Shown here: positions 15,113 through 20,000 of the stretch, piece by piece | Layout of the letters: each line of letters starts with the position of its first letter | Numbering within the stretch: position 1 is the first letter of the stretch | IMG/VR virus record: IMGVR_UViG_2541047320_000011 | Span: 115,823 to 135,822 of that record | Length of the DNA stretch: 20,000 nucleotides | Origin: an uncultured virus (IMG/VR IMGVR_UViG_2541047320_000011) | Taxonomy: Duplodnaviria > Heunggongvirae > Uroviricota > Caudoviricetes | Strand: one strand, 5' to 3' | Notes under the pieces: generated by a model | The model's database searches: none | Told to the model about the DNA's origin: nothing | The model's input: the letters and a program-made list of their open reading frames with translations, nothing else | Translations under genes and position numbers: made by a program

Positions 15113-17014
15113 CTAAATTAAATAGTTTACATATAAATACAACCAACTACGATAAGTTATATCATTATAATATATCTCAATTTCTCCATTTGTACGGATG
15201 ATTCCGTTATAATACTTTCCATCTGTTGTTTGAAATATTACTATTATGCCTTTACGAGGTGCATATTTTGAAGGTATCTTTCCAATGATAGTACCTGCCG
15301 TTGTAATACCTCCATTAATAGTTGCATTAATTGTTACAAGGTTATTATTTGTGCAATAGTTTCCAACAGAACTAGCATATCCAAGATATGGCTGCCACCC
15401 ATTAAGAAAGTTTATTGAAAATGGAAAATCAGTTCTAACATTGTAATTTTTTATATTATTTCTGATAACTTCTATATGACTTCCTAAATTTTGTGTACTT
15501 TCAAAACTAATGTCTGGTATCACAATACCTGTGTTGCAAATAAATTTAGTTTGATTATTATATTGTTCTAAATTTAGTGATGTTAATTCAATTTCTTGTG
15601 GTTTTGAAAGTTGATAGATGATAGTTATTGGATTATTTTTTATCCATTCACTAAACCCATTTCCATCTTGTGTAGTAAGTTTACTTTTTAATATTTTAAA
15701 TGCTATATCACCACTACCAGTAGTTGAGCATCCCTCTATGTCATTATTGTTAAAATCATTTCTACTTTTCCCATTTAAATTATTACATAAAACATATGCT
15801 GTGTCTAAACTATCTACAACAGCTTGAGGAGTTAATGTTCCCATAAATTGCAGAGTATTATCATATACATGTGATAAATTAAGATTTCCAATATCAGTAT
15901 AAGTATGTTCCTCACATCTTTTTATTAAGTAATATTTATCATTTTTATAAACTATTTCATCTTTTACTCCATTTGGTAAACTTCTTAATGTATATGGAAT
16001 TGTCTTTTTATCATATTTATTTCCTTTAGTTATAATTGTTTTATTCCCATTATCATGTAAATCTTTTATTATAGTAACTCTTAGATACTTTGCATTTTTA
16101 GGGCTTCTAGCAATATAAAAAATATCTTTATCTCCTATTATTCTTTCGTTTAATGATGCTGGTATAAAATTTTTATTTATATCATACCAACAAATATTTC
16201 TACTGCAATTATAAAAAGTATACTCTGTATCTGGTTCTATTTCTATATAGTCTAGGGTATATTTATGATTACTAGCTTCAGAAATAAGTTCCTCTCCACT
16301 AAGATATTGTAAAATATAATTATCTTTAAAATCGGCATTCTTATTAAAGATATTAATTCCACTATATTGATAACTTAAAAATTCTATTTTATCTCTTTGC
16401 CCAACACTTAATAGTTCATTAGAGTAATCTATATTAATATCTGTATAATCTCCTTCTAATATGGTAATTTTCAAACTTATTTCATAACCAGATGTAAGTG
16501 TATCGTTATCTAAAACACTCCTTAAAACAACATTACAATCATTTAAGTCTGATATTGTTGTAAATGTATATTTAAATTTACCAATTACTCCTCCTGGTAT
16601 AGCTATATTTGTCAGATTAGGAATAAATACTGAATTTTCTTCGCCTAAGCTATGAATATATATTCCACTTGTACTCGGTAAAGTGTTTTTATCAACATCA
16701 ACTATGATTGTATATATGGTATCTGGTTTATATGAAGTGTAATTGATTGTAAAAAAATTAGAATATCTTATATCATTTTCTGTTAGTATATTTATTTTTC
16801 CATCCACAAAAGTTGCTTTCCATAAAGAAAAATCTGAACTAGTTTTTCCCCATAAATCAATTAATGTCTTTCCTTCTACATTAAAATTAGTTAAATAGCC
16901 CTTTTTACTATTTTCTATAGTATATTCTCCTGTATCAGTACTACATTTTATATTGTCAACCTCCTTGAGATTTTCTATATCATTGACCTTTTTAAGTAAA
17001 TCTTTATATATCAA
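15113..17014 (-). CDS. Putative tail fibre / receptor-binding protein
   Basis: 633 aa, beta-rich; VEGKTL, LRSLPNGVKDEI, NPITIIYQL and C-terminal NGW...IPSKYAP segments typical of clostridial phage tail proteins; genomic position. Confidence 0.7.
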   Translation of the reverse strand: MIYKDLLKKVNDIENLKEVDNIKCSTDTGEYTIENSKKGYLTNFNVEGKTLIDLWGKTSSDFSLWKATFVDGKINILTENDIRYSNFFTINYTSYKPDTIYTIIVDVDKNTLPSTSGIYIHSLGEENSVFIPNLTNIAIPGGVIGKFKYTFTTISDLNDCNVVLRSVLDNDTLTSGYEISLKITILEGDYTDINIDYSNELLSVGQRDKIEFLSYQYSGINIFNKNADFKDNYILQYLSGEELISEASNHKYTLDYIEIEPDTEYTFYNCSRNICWYDINKNFIPASLNERIIGDKDIFYIARSPKNAKYLRVTIIKDLHDNGNKTIITKGNKYDKKTIPYTLRSLPNGVKDEIVYKNDKYYLIKRCEEHTYTDIGNLNLSHVYDNTLQFMGTLTPQAVVDSLDTAYVLCNNLNGKSRNDFNNNDIEGCSTTGSGDIAFKILKSKLTTQDGNGFSEWIKNNPITIIYQLSKPQEIELTSLNLEQYNNQTKFICNTGIVIPDISFESTQNLGSHIEVIRNNIKNYNVRTDFPFSINFLNGWQPYLGYASSVGNYCTNNNLVTINATINGGITTAGTIIGKIPSKYAPRKGIIVIFQTTDGKYYNGIIRTNGEIEIYYNDITYRSWLYLYVNYLI

Positions 17015-17041
17015 ATTAAAACACCTCTCTTCACAAAACCC

Positions 17042-17224
17042 CTATTTTGTAGTTTCTACTCTTTCTACTACTCCACTTTCTTTAATTATACAATCTTCTA
17101 CTGCTTTTCTATAATCCTCGTTAGTTACATCATCTAATTCAAAAGGTCTATTTTTTAAAGGATTCAATCCTCCATTTAAAATCCTCTCTGCTAATATTCT
17201 TACCACAACATTATTTATATTCAT
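17042..17224 (-). CDS. Small conserved phage tail-region protein
   Basis: 60-aa ORF coupled to the upstream gene, SD GGAGG. Confidence 0.75.
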   Translation of the reverse strand: MNINNVVVRILAERILNGGLNPLKNRPFELDDVTNEDYRKAVEDCIIKESGVVERVETTK

Positions 17225-17517
17225 TATAAAATTCCTCCTACTTTTTCATTTTCATTTAATAAAATTTGATTTTCTAATTCTTGTATTCTCTTTTCTTCTT
17301 CTGTAACGAATATTGGTATTTCTTCCAAAATTGGTTCTTTCGTTTCTATATTTATACCTGTAATTCTATTTTTTGTATAATCTATATTTCCATATTCAAC
17401 ATCAATATAATGTAATTCTGTTATTGTATCATGCTCTAATATATCTCCTGTTGCTTCTCCAGTTTGTAAAAGTATTTTACCAGTTTGGTCGTAAATTATT
17501 CTATTTGCTCTATTCAT
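17224..17517 (-). CDS. Tail-fibre assembly-like hypothetical protein
   Basis: 97 aa, NRIIYDQTGKI...EEKRIQELENQILL. Confidence 0.75.
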   Translation of the reverse strand: MNRANRIIYDQTGKILLQTGEATGDILEHDTITELHYIDVEYGNIDYTKNRITGINIETKEPILEEIPIFVTEEEKRIQELENQILLNENEKVGGIL

Positions 17518-17538
17518 TTTAAATTACCACCTTTCATT

Positions 17539-19170
17539 TTATTCAAAAGCATACCAAGTAATATTATTTTGACTAGGTACAGTTTGAAGTGAAGTAAGGT
17601 CAGTTCCATCTTTTTTAATAAAGCGAACTCTAAAACCTTTACTATTTATATCGCTTATATAAGTACGTGTTGAAAAAGGTCTATCATTTTCAGGATTACA
17701 CCATATTGTAGTAAGATTAGTTGAAAAAGAAACATAAAAATAATCATAATACGGAAAATTACATTTAATATAAACTATAGAAGGAGTAAAATCCAAGTTA
17801 GTAGTTATTTGGTAAGGAGCATAATTGGTATAAACACCTGTAGCAACACCAGTGGCATACCTTTTACGTTGACTTAATTGATTAGTCAATTCTGTTATTC
17901 TATTTTGCAACTCCTCAACACTAGCGTCTGAACTATCAAAACTTGTTTTTATTTTCTCTGATAACTCTACTAGCGTATTATTTAAACTTGCTTCTATATT
18001 CTTTAATGCTAAAGTGTTTATAATACTTGTTTTACCAGTTTTAAATCCTGTATTAATTTCAATTAGTTTAGAAGATATGTCTTGCAAATTTACATTTTCG
18101 GACAATGGCATTATATTCTTACTTATACTTAATACTTTTTCTGCTGTAGCATTATTACTGTCTGTAACAACTATTTTAAGCGTGTGTAGTGCATTATCTT
18201 CTAATGTATAGTTAATTGTTTTCTCTTCTGTTAAATCTGTTGTTATAGTTTCTTTTAATACATCATCTATAAAGTATTCTATTTTTGTAAGTAATGTAGG
18301 GTCTGTGTGGTCAACTTTGAATGTAGCTTGTGTGGAGTTATAAGAGGATACGGTTAAAAAAGGTAATGCTTGTAATAATGTTATCTTAGCGTAGCCATCT
18401 GCTTTTGTAGTATTACCACCTGTTGTCATAACAACATTTTGTAACCAATATTTCGAAGTAGGTATATATCCTTGTGGTTTGTAACTCTCTTTAGTCAGTG
18501 CATAACCACTTCCACCTCCTGCACCATACATAGTTTCACCTGCACCACCATACCAACCACCACCACCACCTACATCATTATCGCCACCGCCTTTACCAAA
18601 TGAGCCACTATGCATTAAATTTCCACATACGCCACCTTCGTATTGTGTACCACCACTTGAAAAATTACCATCATTACTAAAACCTCTACCACCTATAATT
18701 CCACCACCATTACCACCTAAATAACTTCTTTGACTTGCATTAGAAACATCAGCTTTAGTAGCTCCACCACCACCAGCTACAAGTATGCGTGACAACAAAC
18801 CTTTTGAATCCATCCATGATGTACTACCATGAGGAAGTCTTATATCTGTGGCTCCACCACCAAAAGATGACCATTTAAATGCACTATTACCAATTCCATT
18901 ACCTTTTCCACCACCATTATAACCACTTCTAGTAAAAGATGAATCACGAGGAACTTTTTCAAAGCCCGATTGACCAACACAAACCAACAAATCAGCTTCC
19001 TCTTTTAGCGTAATTTCTCCTTTAGCATAACCACCTTTTGCACACTCACTCCAAGTGTCGGCACAATATGCACCTCCACTAGCACCCCAACACTCCAATT
19101 TATACTTACCAGGTTTTAATATAACAGCTTGATTACCTGCACTATAATTAAAATTCCATTCTGTTTGCAT
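17539..19170 (-). CDS. Glycine-rich tail fibre / receptor-binding protein
   Basis: PGKYKLECWGASGG, GGGATDIR, VAGGGG, GGGGGWYGG; Ig-like middle, coiled coil, C-terminal domain ending WYAFE. Confidence 0.8.
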   Translation of the reverse strand: MQTEWNFNYSAGNQAVILKPGKYKLECWGASGGAYCADTWSECAKGGYAKGEITLKEEADLLVCVGQSGFEKVPRDSSFTRSGYNGGGKGNGIGNSAFKWSSFGGGATDIRLPHGSTSWMDSKGLLSRILVAGGGGATKADVSNASQRSYLGGNGGGIIGGRGFSNDGNFSSGGTQYEGGVCGNLMHSGSFGKGGGDNDVGGGGGWYGGAGETMYGAGGGSGYALTKESYKPQGYIPTSKYWLQNVVMTTGGNTTKADGYAKITLLQALPFLTVSSYNSTQATFKVDHTDPTLLTKIEYFIDDVLKETITTDLTEEKTINYTLEDNALHTLKIVVTDSNNATAEKVLSISKNIMPLSENVNLQDISSKLIEINTGFKTGKTSIINTLALKNIEASLNNTLVELSEKIKTSFDSSDASVEELQNRITELTNQLSQRKRYATGVATGVYTNYAPYQITTNLDFTPSIVYIKCNFPYYDYFYVSFSTNLTTIWCNPENDRPFSTRTYISDINSKGFRVRFIKKDGTDLTSLQTVPSQNNITWYAFE

Positions 19171-19186
19171 TTTATCACTCTCCTCT

Positions 19187-19726
19187 CTAACAATAAGTTA
19201 TCAACTCATTTACACTTGTTGCAATATTAGATAAACTCCCACTCAATTTTTCTTCTATATTAACCAATCTATCTTCGATTTTCTTAGATGAATAAGTAGT
19301 CATTTCAGACACTCTGTTATCATCTACAGTTGCATTTATAAAATGAGTTTCTGCATTTCCATTTATCACATAAACGTTTAATTCTGACCTTGTTTCACTT
19401 CTAATTTCTATAGAATTATCATCTATAATTTTAAAATTTGTAACTACATTTTCTTTTGTAGTAGCATCTATAATATTTACAACTATTCTCTGTGTTAACA
19501 AACCATGTGTTACAGTTGCTTTAAATCCATTTTCTGTATCATCCACCCAATCATCAATTGTTATTGTTTGAGTAGATGCCACATTTGAACCACCTGCGAT
19601 AAGTTGGTCAATCTTAGTATTCAACTCTGTTTTAGCAGTTTCTATATTTGTATTAACTTTTTCTATTTCTGTATTAGTGTTATTAGGTACATTTTTTAAT
19701 TTTTTTACTACATCTTCATTTAACAA
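19187..19726 (-). CDS. Tail-region hypothetical protein
   Basis: 179 aa, TTYSSKKIE motif, SD GAAGGTG, TTG start. Confidence 0.75.
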   Translation of the reverse strand: MLNEDVVKKLKNVPNNTNTEIEKVNTNIETAKTELNTKIDQLIAGGSNVASTQTITIDDWVDDTENGFKATVTHGLLTQRIVVNIIDATTKENVVTNFKIIDDNSIEIRSETRSELNVYVINGNAETHFINATVDDNRVSEMTTYSSKKIEDRLVNIEEKLSGSLSNIATSVNELITYC

Positions 19727-19783
19727 TTTATCACCTTCTTTTTTATTTAGAGAGCTACGTTAGTAACTCTCTATTTTGAACAT

Positions 19784-19807
19784 AAAAAAAAGAACTCTTA
19801 CAGTTCT
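19784..19807 (-). terminator. Terminator-like hairpin
   Basis: AGAACT-GTAAG-AGTTCT followed by a T-run on the minus strand. Confidence 0.55.
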
Positions 19808-20000
19808 ATGATAATGAAATCTCTAGTACTTCACACATTTTTCTTACTTCTTCTCGATATTTTACAGGTACTTGGTCAATTGTTTTTAAACCTCTCTCTA
19901 TTAATCCTACGTAAATTGCTGCCATACTACTTCCTCCTTCATTTAATTTTATATTTTTTAATGACATAGTAGATGTCTGTTGACTACTTAATACCATTTC
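19806..20000 (-). CDS. CD1375-family small protein (MAAIYVGLIERGLKTIDQVP..., 19925-19806), in frame with an upstream ORF running off the window edge
   Basis: SD GGAGG before ATG 19925; frame open to position 20000. Confidence 0.75.
   Translation of the reverse strand, partial: EMVLSSQQTSTMSLKNIKLNEGGSSMAAIYVGLIERGLKTIDQVPVKYREEVRKMCEVLEISLS

Noticed and set aside
9573..18211. Plus-strand ORFs 9573-9773, 11071-11259, 13199-13399, 15618-15827, 18014-18211
   Set aside because: Antisense shadows of minus-strand genes
18500..19090. CCACCA repeats and locally higher GC
   Set aside because: Explained by glycine codons of the Gly-rich tail protein
15113..19170. Diversity-generating retroelement or tail-fibre shufflon
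   Set aside because: No reverse transcriptase, no TR/VR pair and no repeated crossover sites seen in this window
1..20000. CRISPR array, tRNA or rRNA genes
   Set aside because: No regularly spaced repeats or RNA-gene-like sequence detected by eye

Overview
AT-rich segment that reads as part of a large temperate Clostridioides difficile-type phage or prophage. Host and phage group (possibly phiCD211-like) are inferred from gene families, not from a search. Three blocks are visible. (1) 1-5641, + strand: early nucleotide-metabolism genes (3' end of nrdG, hypotheticals, metallophosphoesterase, guanylate kinase, RuvC-like resolvase, dUTPase). (2) ~5680-12460: accessory zone where early and late transcription converge, with a NERD/Zn-ribbon nuclease, a tyrosine integrase, a type I toxin-antitoxin module, two orphan BlaI/MecI-type repressors around a CWB2 cell-wall protein, an XRE regulator, a 13-aa basic micro-ORF and a second, Xer-like tyrosine recombinase. 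(3) 12485-20000, - strand: lysis cassette (two holin-like genes, two endolysins) and tail-fibre/receptor-binding modules. The most notable unexplained structure is (a) a recurring intergenic motif TAAAA-N6-TTTTAATA at early-gene junctions, with stop codons in its left arm and RBSs just after its right arm, suggesting recombinase-site-bounded gene cassettes, and (b) a 21/22-bp inverted repeat pair bracketing the integrase gene.
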